Shown: positions 27,468 to 37,000 of the stretch, one piece after another
How positions within the stretch are numbered: position 1 is the first letter of the stretch
Layout: each line of letters starts with the position of its first letter
DNA from: a virus
Taxonomy: Duplodnaviria > Caudoviricetes
DNA: 51,169 nucleotides
Direction: 5' to 3' (one strand)
IMG/VR virus record: IMGVR_UViG_3300010150_000027
Location: 1 to 51,169 of that record
Translations under genes and position numbers: made by a program
Notes under the pieces: generated by a model
The model's database searches: none
Told to the model about the DNA's origin: nothing
The model's input: the letters and a program-made list of their open reading frames with translations, nothing else

Positions 27468-28676
27468 TCAATATGCTGATGGCGCACCGCTACCGTCATC
27501 TAAGCCTGTACCTGTTATGCTAATGTCAATTGCTTTTCCTAGTAGTGGATTTACTAATGCTGTAAAGTTTACAGACATTGTGTTTGTATCTCTACCACTT
27601 ATGTTAGCAGTAGGGGCTTCAAATCTTAAGTGGTATAGATTAATTGTAAGATTAGAAGGTGTTGATTCGTCATCAGTAAAGGCTAACTGCATAACAGAGT
27701 TACCGCCGAATACTGGGTCCTCAAAGGATAAACCACCTTCTGCAATTAAAGTATCATAGGTAGGTTCTTCTGCTGCTGCTGTGTAAACAACTTCGTTAAA
27801 GTCAATACTACCTGTAATCTCCATTTGTTGTGAAGCAGGTGCGTGTCTGTAAGTACTGCTACCTAGACCGTATGAGTTATCTGTATCTCTATTCATAGAA
27901 ATACTTAGATTTACCCCTTTAACCTTTGCTGTTGCTGAACCTAATCCGTCTGTACCGTTGTCAAACTTTACTGTACCGTTAGCAAAATGAAGTGCATCTA
28001 AAGCAACACCATCAAACAAAACAGTACTTGTTTGTAGTGCAGATGTAGCGGATTCTGATTTTCCTACGAAATCAAAACTAGCCATAACGTATTCTCCTAC
28101 GTTAGCAGTTAAAGACATACTATTAACCATCATACCTGTGTATGTGTGTTCTTTTGCTTCTCTACCTACTCTTAAGGTAAAAGAAGGATAGATAATTTTG
28201 TATGCGTCTGCTGCATCCCAAGCACCGGCGGAATGAGTTGCGATAAATCTGTATAATTCATCACTATAAATAACGTATTCACCAATAGCGTAAGCCGTAC
28301 TTGCAGAAAATACACCTTTGTTTGCTAATGCTGTAGCACTTGTTCTTTTGTTAAGACCAAAAAATGCTTGTTCTAATCCATGTTTTGAAGTAGCACCGCT
28401 ACCCGATACTGTATCATCCGGTAAAATACCGTGTAGTAGCATTCCTAAGAAATCATCTACTTGTACGGCCATGTTTATACCGCCTTCGGAATATTCCGTT
28501 CCTGTTACCATTTTGCTTGATTGTTGCCTACTTATATCAGACCTGCCTAGCATTTCAAAGTTCATGGAAATAGATTCATCATCAATTTCACCAAATGTTT
28601 GTGTACCGGAAGGTTCTGACCCGTATGTAGTCTCTTTTTCTATTGAAATATACCTATTTAAAAACTCTGTCGCCAT
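27468..28676 (-). CDS. major tail tube protein
   Basis: N-terminal IEKETTYG; SFTLRVG...YTGMMVNSMSL; EITGSIDF. Lies upstream of the chaperones and tape measure. Confidence 0.8.
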   Translation of the reverse strand: MATEFLNRYISIEKETTYGSEPSGTQTFGEIDDESISMNFEMLGRSDISRQQSSKMVTGTEYSEGGINMAVQVDDFLGMLLHGILPDDTVSGSGATSKHGLEQAFFGLNKRTSATALANKGVFSASTAYAIGEYVIYSDELYRFIATHSAGAWDAADAYKIIYPSFTLRVGREAKEHTYTGMMVNSMSLTANVGEYVMASFDFVGKSESATSALQTSTVLFDGVALDALHFANGTVKFDNGTDGLGSATAKVKGVNLSISMNRDTDNSYGLGSSTYRHAPASQQMEITGSIDFNEVVYTAAAEEPTYDTLIAEGGLSFEDPVFGGNSVMQLAFTDDESTPSNLTINLYHLRFEAPTANISGRDTNTMSVNFTALVNPLLGKAIDISITGTGLDDGSGAPSAY

Positions 28677-28724
28677 ATTATTACCTCTATGTGTGTGTAG
28701 AACGAACCGAGTCTCTTATCAATA

Positions 28725-29789
28725 TTATCTATGCCTCATATCTATTAAACGCATATAAGTCAATGTTAGAGTATGAACACATACTGTTTCATCGTCATCC
28801 ATTTTAGTATCTAATTCTGCGTTATAAGATATAAGGCTATCAGTAGTGCCTAAAACTCCTGTATTTACATACAATTCATCAAATATTTCACCAATTATAT
28901 TTAACCCTTGTCTGTATGCGTTTTCATAATTAGTACCTTTAGTAGTCACATATATTTCTACATCATAGTTTTGTTTAATTTTAGAACCCGACAATGCCTC
29001 AAACTGTGGAGAATCAAGACCTGTAATAAGAACGTGTATGTTAGGTGTAGTATATCTATTTAGCATACGAGAAGATATATCATAACCATATAATATGTTG
29101 GCATCAGAAACCTGTGTTTTTAAATATATTTTTTGTGTATTTTTTAATAAATCTACAATAGCAATACCCATTCTAGGTACTGCGTCTTGTGCGAAATCAC
29201 TTGTCATTAATTGTTCGGGGGTAAATGCACCAAACTTAGAATAATATACGTTAGCCCATTTTACATTACCACTTGTATTTCCCCATTGTATAATTTTTGA
29301 TGAACCACTAGCACCCGTGACACTACTAAATATATCTTCCGCATTATCATCCTGTATAATCTCATGCACATACATTTTTGCTGTGCCTGTTGCATCTAAA
29401 GTTAATCTTAAAACTAACGGTACAGGATTGTTTTCTGTTAAAAGTAAATCTAAATTACTTACTGTAAGTGTCGTAGCACCTACTAATTTAAGTGATGTAC
29501 CGTTTCCTGTACCTTTTACTTCTACCTTATGTGTACCATTATCTAATTTTACCAATACTTCATCATTACTAGGCGCAGTAGTATAAGACAAACAAGCAAC
29601 AAATGTGTACGCTGTATTAGTTGTGGGTGTTATTGTATATGTTCCGTTTGTTATAACCCAATTACCACCGGATGCAGAACCACCACCGGATGCAGCAGTC
29701 CAAGCATCTTGGAAATAACCCGTCAATCCTGTTGGGTCTGTACCATTCATTCTACTATTCCAATATTGTGTTGTTGTCGCTACTGCCAT
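28725..29789 (-). CDS. tail terminator/completion-like protein with extra N-terminal beta domain
   Basis: Position before the tail tube; the C-terminal ~150 aa have a terminator-like pattern. Confidence 0.5.
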   Translation of the reverse strand: MAVATTTQYWNSRMNGTDPTGLTGYFQDAWTAASGGGSASGGNWVITNGTYTITPTTNTAYTFVACLSYTTAPSNDEVLVKLDNGTHKVEVKGTGNGTSLKLVGATTLTVSNLDLLLTENNPVPLVLRLTLDATGTAKMYVHEIIQDDNAEDIFSSVTGASGSSKIIQWGNTSGNVKWANVYYSKFGAFTPEQLMTSDFAQDAVPRMGIAIVDLLKNTQKIYLKTQVSDANILYGYDISSRMLNRYTTPNIHVLITGLDSPQFEALSGSKIKQNYDVEIYVTTKGTNYENAYRQGLNIIGEIFDELYVNTGVLGTTDSLISYNAELDTKMDDDETVCVHTLTLTYMRLIDMRHR

Positions 29790-29791
29790 AT

Positions 29792-30922
29792 TTACTGCCC
29801 CTTCAATTGTTTTCTAAAAGTCCTTCCACTTAAACCTTGCCTTCTATTTATTCTTGTTCCCTTTCCTAGATAATAAGCAGTAGTTTTACTTAATGGGGAT
29901 GAGCCTACATTTGGTTTAACTGTAAATGCCGATTGTGAATCCTCACGCAATTCTGTTAAAGACTTTTCACCTTTTTTCATACGACTACCCCTTGCACCCG
30001 TAGGGTTTGTAGGTGAATCTCCTTCGTCAAAAGAACCTATAACAAACGTAATATACCTTGAGTAATTTCTTGTATTTTGTCCTTTTAATTCTTTTAAGTT
30101 TCCATACAAAGAATGTGCAATTCTATTTATTGCATCCCCCTCTAGTTTATGTGCTGTACCTATAAAAGAAGTTGTATCATTTTCTTTAAAACCTTTTTTC
30201 CCCCATCTTGATTTTTTCTTAAAATGTCTAGTTTTACTTGTTCCGGGTTTAGCGTTAATATCTTTTCTTGTTTTTTGTACTGTGGCGTGGACTGTTTCTC
30301 CCAAAAAAGAGTACGCTAACATATTAACCCCTTGTGTTAGGGTTTCTGCCTGTTTAACAAAGGCGGATTTATCAAAATAAGCCTTAAAACCTAAAGTATA
30401 TTCTTTATTTCTTAAAAGTTTAGGGTATTTAGGTTTACTTCTATCTATTCTACCACCTGCTTTAAATCCAAAACGGCCTTGTCTTAAGTAAGACCCTGCT
30501 TTTTGTTTTTTAACTAAATTATCCCACGCTTTTCTTGATTCTGTTTGTGTATTTGTTCCCGGCATATAATCCGGTGAAGTAAATATAGTTCTCATATTTG
30601 ATTGAGTAGCATTTCTAAAACCCGCAAGATTAGCATTTTTAGTAGAAGGTAAAGAAGGATTATCTTTTAAATATTTTTTTTCTTGCCTTGTTAAGTTTTT
30701 ACCATCTTTACGGACTAACTCAACCCAAGTCTCATCTTCTAATAAAGATATTTTTGTTTGAAAATTGCGTATATTTTCTCCCAATATTTTAGCGTAATTA
30801 TTTCTTGCTTTAGTCATTGTCCCTAGTCTAACCCAACCCGGATGAGTATAACCATCGGCACTAATAAAAACATGACCTTCTTTTTCTTGTTGTGTTTTAA
30901 ATTGTTTTTTTAACGTAGCCAT
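29792..30922 (-). CDS. very basic neck-region protein
   Basis: K/R-rich, 376 aa, between the adaptor and terminator; GAGGTGA SD. Confidence 0.45.
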   Translation of the reverse strand: MATLKKQFKTQQEKEGHVFISADGYTHPGWVRLGTMTKARNNYAKILGENIRNFQTKISLLEDETWVELVRKDGKNLTRQEKKYLKDNPSLPSTKNANLAGFRNATQSNMRTIFTSPDYMPGTNTQTESRKAWDNLVKKQKAGSYLRQGRFGFKAGGRIDRSKPKYPKLLRNKEYTLGFKAYFDKSAFVKQAETLTQGVNMLAYSFLGETVHATVQKTRKDINAKPGTSKTRHFKKKSRWGKKGFKENDTTSFIGTAHKLEGDAINRIAHSLYGNLKELKGQNTRNYSRYITFVIGSFDEGDSPTNPTGARGSRMKKGEKSLTELREDSQSAFTVKPNVGSSPLSKTTAYYLGKGTRINRRQGLSGRTFRKQLKGQ

Positions 30923-30931
30923 TTAATCACC

Positions 30932-31456
30932 TCAAGAAAAACTTCCGAGATGAGCCAATCTTGTAAGGTTGTTTACCCCTCTTTCTCTAAGTGTATTTCC
31001 TCTTAAAGAATTACCACCTTCGTGAAATGTGGATTCATCTTCCATGTAGTAAGCGGCTGCTATATCTGCACATATTTCTCTAAGAACGTGCGCAAACTCA
31101 CCCTGTTGTATTGTGACACCACTTGCGTGTGCAATAGAAACTCCTGTGACACCTGTTAAATCATTACTAGATTTTCCTGTCCAAGATATTGTATCTCCGT
31201 CAATATTACCACTACCCGCAGTAGCAAAAGCACTTGCGCTTGTTAGTGTTATAGTAGTATCTCCTATTGATACAGCCCCATTAGCGGTAGTTTCTAATAC
31301 AGTAGGGTTAGACCTACCATAGTCATTATAAACTTGCTCTATTTCGATAGAGGCTCTACGAATTGCTACCTGTAAAGTATTACCTGCTTGTACTCTTTGG
31401 GCTGAATTAAGACCTAATCTTTGGCCCACATCACTTGTAGAACAATAATAAACCAT
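30932..31456 (-). CDS. head-tail adaptor/connector-like protein with inserted beta domain
   Basis: YCSTSDVGQRLG...AIRRASIEIE...LREICADIAAAY pattern. Confidence 0.65.
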   Translation of the reverse strand: MVYYCSTSDVGQRLGLNSAQRVQAGNTLQVAIRRASIEIEQVYNDYGRSNPTVLETTANGAVSIGDTTITLTSASAFATAGSGNIDGDTISWTGKSSNDLTGVTGVSIAHASGVTIQQGEFAHVLREICADIAAAYYMEDESTFHEGGNSLRGNTLRERGVNNLTRLAHLGSFS

Positions 31457-31628
31457 TTAAACCAATTACTCCTATTAATAATATCTGTGTTATCCAAAGC
31501 ATACGCTTATTTATAGTGTGGTATTCCTTAAGTGTCTTTTCAATATTACTAACAGTTACAGAAGTAGTACCGCTTGTACTAGACAAATGACTTATCCAAG
31601 CATTCCATCTTTCTTTTTCTGTTGTCAT
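31431..31628 (-). CDS. small protein with C-terminal transmembrane segment
   Basis: MLWITQILLIGVIGLNGLLLF. Confidence 0.5.
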   Translation of the reverse strand: MTTEKERWNAWISHLSSTSGTTSVTVSNIEKTLKEYHTINKRMLWITQILLIGVIGLNGLLLFYK

Positions 31629-31632
31629 ATTA

Positions 31633-31878
31633 TCACATTTGTGTAGAAATACCCATAGCCCCTGCTACTATTGCTATTAAGGTAAAAATAATTTTTTGCA
31701 TATTTCCCATATATGTACCTATTAGACCGTTAGTTATCTCTAACTCGGTAGCCACTTTAGCAAGTCCTGTCTGCATACTTACTTGGGATTGTACCAATTG
31801 TTCAATTAATCTTTCGTGTCTTTTTACAGACTCTTCTAAATTGTCTAATCTTATTGCGACAACATCAGAATCGGCCAC
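31633..31878 (-). CDS. coiled-coil + C-terminal TM protein (lysis-accessory/holin-like candidate)
   Basis: Heptad repeats followed by IIFTLIAIVAGAMGI. Confidence 0.5.
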   Translation of the reverse strand: MADSDVVAIRLDNLEESVKRHERLIEQLVQSQVSMQTGLAKVATELEITNGLIGTYMGNMQKIIFTLIAIVAGAMGISTQM

Positions 31879-32273
31879 TAAGCCTCACCCATGTGTGCTT
31901 CTAATCGAGCCACAAGGTCTGCTTTCTTACCTTTTACTGAAAGACCTGCTTCTTTTAACTTCTCTTTCAATTCCGCAACATTATGAGAGTCGAGAGTTTT
32001 TTCTATTTTCTCTATCTCTTCTTTTGCTTCTTCGGCTTTCTCCTTAACCTCGTCTACTGAATCTAATAATTCATCTAATGTTATTTTCCCATCAGCATTT
32101 AGTACTAAGTATTTTTTATACAAAAATACACCTATACCTACTAATGCTGCTAAAGATAAAAGTATCAATTCTATATCATCTAATAATGACGAAGAATCTA
32201 AGGCTATGCAATCTATTGTTTCGTTAAGTGCGTTTAGGCACGTTTCTTTTGTTGTGTTAGTTGTGTTATTCAT
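31878..32273 (-). CDS. membrane-anchored protein with C-terminal SAP domain
   Basis: TM segment LILLSLAALVGIGVFLY; SAP-like NVAELKEKLKEAGLSVKGKKADLVARL. Confidence 0.75.
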   Translation of the reverse strand: MNNTTNTTKETCLNALNETIDCIALDSSSLLDDIELILLSLAALVGIGVFLYKKYLVLNADGKITLDELLDSVDEVKEKAEEAKEEIEKIEKTLDSHNVAELKEKLKEAGLSVKGKKADLVARLEAHMGEA

Positions 32274-32275
32274 GT

Positions 32276-32452
32276 TTATTCCTCTCTATCGTATATTACT
32301 TGCTTAACTGCTGAATGCGGTATAACTGTAAATGCTCTTTCGCTACCCCTTCTATAAATCTTGAACCCATGAGGTGTCTCTTCAATGTTTACATTGGTAT
32401 ATGACTTTTCGGGCGCAATATACACTATTTTACCTGTTCTTACTTCTCCCAA
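32276..32452 (-). CDS. small hypothetical protein (58 aa, TTG start; not in ORF track)
   Basis: MGEVRTGKIVYIAPEKSY...VKQVIYDREE*. Fills the gap exactly; GGAG upstream. Confidence 0.6.
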   Translation of the reverse strand: MGEVRTGKIVYIAPEKSYTNVNIEETPHGFKIYRRGSERAFTVIPHSAVKQVIYDREE

Positions 32453-32456
32453 AAAA

Positions 32457-33026
32457 TCAACTCCAACGTGGGCCTTCGGCCCATCCTACTAGACTTGTTC
32501 TGCTACCTTTAGTAATAGGTGCTACTGCGTGTTCAAAGTAAGATAAGAAACATATTACTGTACCTTTCTTAGCAAGTGCTATTGGGTCGGGGTTTTGTGT
32601 ATGACTAAATGTTAATTCTCCACCTTTATAATCTTTGGGGTCTGATAGTTGGACTACTACACTTATTTTTCTATGCATACCATCTTGTCTGTTCCAATCA
32701 ATATCGTGGTGCATACCATAATGGTAGCCTATATCTTTGTATTCTGTAAATTGTAATGGTGGTAGATAAGATACTTCTACATCAAAATGTTCATTTGCTT
32801 TTTCTACATACCACATCATTTGTTCTGTAAGAGGTTTATATTTTTCATCTTGCAGCCATCTTATTTGTGTTTTTCTATGGCTATCTTCTTTACCTTCACC
32901 TGTTCTAAAGGTAGATGCCGCTTGAGGTTCTGCTTCCTTTGCTGCCTCAATTATTTCATTCACTATTTCTTCACTCAACGCTTCTTCCCACATTATCCAT
33001 GCGGGATGTTCCATCATTTCTGACAT
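32457..33026 (-). CDS. 2OG-Fe(II) dioxygenase (prolyl-4-hydroxylase/PKHD-like)
   Basis: HxD in YGMHHD, RKISVVVQL, YKGGEL, distal His in EHAV, RTSLVGW. Confidence 0.9.
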   Translation of the reverse strand: MSEMMEHPAWIMWEEALSEEIVNEIIEAAKEAEPQAASTFRTGEGKEDSHRKTQIRWLQDEKYKPLTEQMMWYVEKANEHFDVEVSYLPPLQFTEYKDIGYHYGMHHDIDWNRQDGMHRKISVVVQLSDPKDYKGGELTFSHTQNPDPIALAKKGTVICFLSYFEHAVAPITKGSRTSLVGWAEGPRWS

Positions 33027-33120
33027 AACCTACCATTACATCATAGGGTATTTAAGGTGTATTACACTAACACACCTATTTTTTTCATTAACCATAACCA
33101 AAATCGGTTATATTCTTCCA

Positions 33121-33438
33121 TTAACAATCAACGCCATCAGTAAATCCGGTCATAGTTTTTAGATTTAGATAACATTGTTTAATTATATTGTATTGAGTTT
33201 CTTCTGCACTATCATCCAAATCAAACTCATTACCAAAACCACCAATAGGGGCCGCATTTGCTTCGTAAGCGGCCTGTGAAGCATATATTTTACCGTTATA
33301 ATTTACTTTAAAGCCTTTAGTTAAACTACCATCAGCATTTATTATTGTTTCCTTTGAAGTCATACTATTTGACATAACACATATTGCATCATCACAAGTT
33401 ATGCCGTATTTAGTTACATAGTCTATTTTTAAGCCCAT
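33121..33438 (-). CDS. small tail-fibre-associated protein
   Basis: Downstream of the fibre genes; start at ATG 33438 is supported by promoter spacing. Confidence 0.55.
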   Translation of the reverse strand: MGLKIDYVTKYGITCDDAICVMSNSMTSKETIINADGSLTKGFKVNYNGKIYASQAAYEANAAPIGGFGNEFDLDDSAEETQYNIIKQCYLNLKTMTGFTDGVDC

Positions 33439-33456
33439 ATCCTTACCACATATCAT

Positions 33457-33467
33457 TTGTTTTATAA
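33457..33467 (-). promoter_or_regulatory. class II promoter TTATAAAACAA
   Basis: TTATAA ends 23 nt before ATG 33438. Confidence 0.55.
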
Positions 33468-33475
33468 AACATTCT

Positions 33476-34051
33476 CTAACCAAATGTAAGTGTTATCGAA
33501 CATTTTGGGGCTGTACTTGTTACTCCGCCAACAGTGCTTTGTGCTTTTACTGCAAAAACTATTTCATCACCACTAGCAGGTGAGGTAATATTTTTACCTG
33601 CAACATCAAAATTAACCCTCAATCTCATTCCCATACCAGTTGTAGTATTTGTAGCATCTTGAGATGTAGATGCTGTACCTACAACACTTGCAGTATTGCT
33701 ATTACTTAAACTTGAAGTGTCCAATGTCAAATCCCACGCAAACGTAGGAGAGCCACTACCTAGCCATCTTAGATACCCTGCGGGTATAATATCTATCCTT
33801 GATAGTCCGAAATTATCGACTGCATCTTGAAGTTCTCCGGCATCTATAGTCATCGCAGCAGAAAAGAAATTACCATCGGCAAAAAACTCGGAACCATTAA
33901 GTGCGCCCCCTACACCTAACCCTTCTAAAGAATTATCTGCCGTACAAGCATTATCATAATTACCACTTGATGATGTCGCTATACTTAAAAGAGAGCCGCC
34001 CCCTATTTGAGAACAGATACCTATTATTGTTGGATAAATAATATCACCCAA
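33476..34051 (-). CDS. beta-rich virion protein, probably fibre-associated
   Basis: S/T/G-rich, 191 aa, overlapping the end of the fibre gene. Confidence 0.55.
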   Translation of the reverse strand: MGDIIYPTIIGICSQIGGGSLLSIATSSSGNYDNACTADNSLEGLGVGGALNGSEFFADGNFFSAAMTIDAGELQDAVDNFGLSRIDIIPAGYLRWLGSGSPTFAWDLTLDTSSLSNSNTASVVGTASTSQDATNTTTGMGMRLRVNFDVAGKNITSPASGDEIVFAVKAQSTVGGVTSTAPKCSITLTFG

Positions 34052-37000
34052 CCACTATCCATGCTGACGAAGATGTAGCAATAAATGTTTTTGCTTCATA
34101 CCTTGTTGTAATTGTTTGGTTAGAAGCAGAACCGTTCATTGTATCTCCCGCACCGGCGGCAATAGTAACTGTATTTGTTGTATCACTTACTACTATGTAT
34201 TGTTCTCCAACCGCCGGACTAGCAGGTAATGTTAATGTTGCGGTATTATTAACTATAATATATTTACCTGCATAAGTATCTGTTAATGTAATACTACTTC
34301 CTAATGTAGAAATCTTACCTCTTTTAGCCTGAAACTCTTGTTCTACTGCTAGACCGTTAGGTATATTTACATCCCCACTATTGTCTGCTGTAAGCCATGT
34401 GAGAGTACCTGACCCATCTGATATAGTTAATGACTGACTGACAGTCGCACTACTAATATCTGCATTTCCTATGAGAACATTGTAACTTCCTGTTGTCAAA
34501 CTGGTTGCACCATTGTTAGAAGTAAGGATAATATTTTTCTGACCCGAAGTGATGTTCTGACCTGCACTTCTTCCGACCCCAAGATTGTAACTTCCTGTCG
34601 TCAAATCTTTGAGACTGTCTGCACCAATTCCTACGTTTTGATTTGCCGCATTACTAGCAACTCCTTGACCTGCATTCCAACCGATGAAAGTGTTTGCCGA
34701 ACCTGTTCCAGACGTCATAGCATTGTGGCCTACGATAGTATTGTAACCTGTTCCGCTAGTTCCGGCTTGGCTTCCTATAACTGTTTCGGAATAGCCTGTG
34801 CTACTAACACCTGCCCGATAACCGACAAAAACTCCTGTTCCTTGATTGGTAATTGCTGCACCCGCAGTATGTCCTATCATAACGTGGTCGCCACCTGTGG
34901 AAAGTGCTGTTCCGGCCTGATATCCCACTAAAATATTTCTATCCCCTGTGCTTAATGTTGTCCCTGCGTCTACACCCAATGCTACGTTGTAGTTGCCGCT
35001 ACTAGCAGTTAAAGAATCCAAAGCACCGCTACCCAATCCTATGTTAGAAGTAGCAGTAGTAACTGCATCTGATAATTCACCAATTGCAGAAGCACCGCCA
35101 CTAACCGTAGTCCAAGTTGGAAGTGTGTTCTGTCCTTGTGTAGTAAGAACTTGACCGGCAGTTCCGTAATTTCCTGTTCCTAAAGCAAACCCACCCGAAG
35201 GATGAATACCTAATGCAAGATTATTTCCTGAGCCTACTCCTATTTGGAATTGGCCGCCATTAACTCCGACTGTTGCTTGATAAGCCGGATTTGTACTACT
35301 ATTATCTTTGAAGTAAATAAATCCGTTATTACCTGCTAATGTTAAACGAGGGTAATTTACTCCTGTTCCTATATACAAACTTTGGCCGTCAAACTTTAAT
35401 CTATCAGAACCACTTGATGAACCACTATCATTAAATAATACTTGTTCATCACTACCGCCTGTAGGTCCTGTAGGCCCCGTAGGACCCGGTGGTCCTGCAC
35501 TACCTGTTGAACCCGTTGGTCCTGTCGGTCCTGTCCCCCCTGTTGAACCCGGCGGCCCAGTTGGTCCGGTATCTCCGGGCGGGATTGTAAAGGCAAAAAC
35601 CTTAGCAGTCGCAGGTCCACTAGATGCAATTGCTAACGGACCACTCGCTACCGTAGGCGTACCAAAACCGGCTGCCGTTCCGGTAGGTCCAGTTGGACCA
35701 GTCGGCCCCGTAGGCCCAGTAGGTCCGGGTGGCCCCGCAGGTCCATCCGGTCCGGTACTTCCGGGTGGTATTGTAAACGCAAAGATTTTTGCAGTTGCCG
35801 GACCGCTTGAAGCAATTGCTAAAGGCCCGCTTGCTACGGTGGGTGTCCCAAACCCTGCGGCTGCCCCATTACTACCATTTGAACCGGGCGGTCCATCCGG
35901 CCCAGTAGGACCTGTGGGACCAGTCGGTCCTGTAGGACCAGTAGGGCCTATTGGTCCCGTAGGACCTGTTGGGCCTGTCGCACCTTGCGGTATAGTGAAT
36001 GCAAAGACTTTCGCTGTATTAGGGCCGCTAGAAGATACACCTATTGGTCCTATGGTTGCTGTCGGTGTTCCAAATCCTGCACCCGGTCCTGTCGCACCTT
36101 GCGGTCCTGTTCCGCCGGGTGGTCCAGTAGGTCCTGTAGGGCCTGTTGGACCCGTAGGGCCTGTATCACCTTGTGGTATAGTAAAAGCAAAAACTTTTGC
36201 GGTGTCGGGACCACTTGAAGAAACTGCTATTGGTCCGGTACTAGCGGTAGGAGTACCAAAACCTGCTGCTGTTCCTGTCGGCCCTGTTCCGCCGGGTGGC
36301 CCTGTGGAACCTGTCGGTCCCGGTGGTCCTGCCGGACCAGTTGCGCCTTGAGGAATTGTAAACGCAAATACCTTAGCAGTATTTGGGCCACTAGATGAAA
36401 CATTAATAGGTCCTGTTGTAGCAGTAGGTGTTCCGAATCCCGCAGCCGCACCTGTAGGACCTGTACCACCATCGTTTCCGTCATTACCTGTCGGTCCGGT
36501 AGGACCTGTTGGGCCGGGTGGACCTGCGGGTCCTGTGCTTCCGGGTGGAATTGTAAAAGCAAATACTTTTGCGGTATTAGGACCACTACTAGATATGGCT
36601 AAAGGACCGCTACTAACACTTGGTGTTCCGAAACCTGCCGCACTTCCTGCTGAACCTGTAGGTCCTGTAGAACCCGGTGGTCCCGTAGGTCCCGTAGGTC
36701 CCGTTGGTCCGGTTGGACCTGTCGGTCCGGTATCTCCGGCAGGTATAGTAAAAGCAAAGACCTTTGCTGTATTTGGCCCACTACTACTTATAGCAAGAGG
36801 ACCGGAAGAAACACTAGGTGTTCCAAATCCTGCTGCTGTGCCTGTAGGTCCGGTCGGTCCTGTTGGACCATCGTTTCCGGTAGGGCCGGTAGGACCGGGT
36901 GGCCCACTAGGACCTGTAGGTCCTGTACCGCCGGGCGGTATTGTGAATGCGAATACTTTAGCGGTGTCCGGTCCACTAGCAGTAATGCTTAAAGGTCCTG

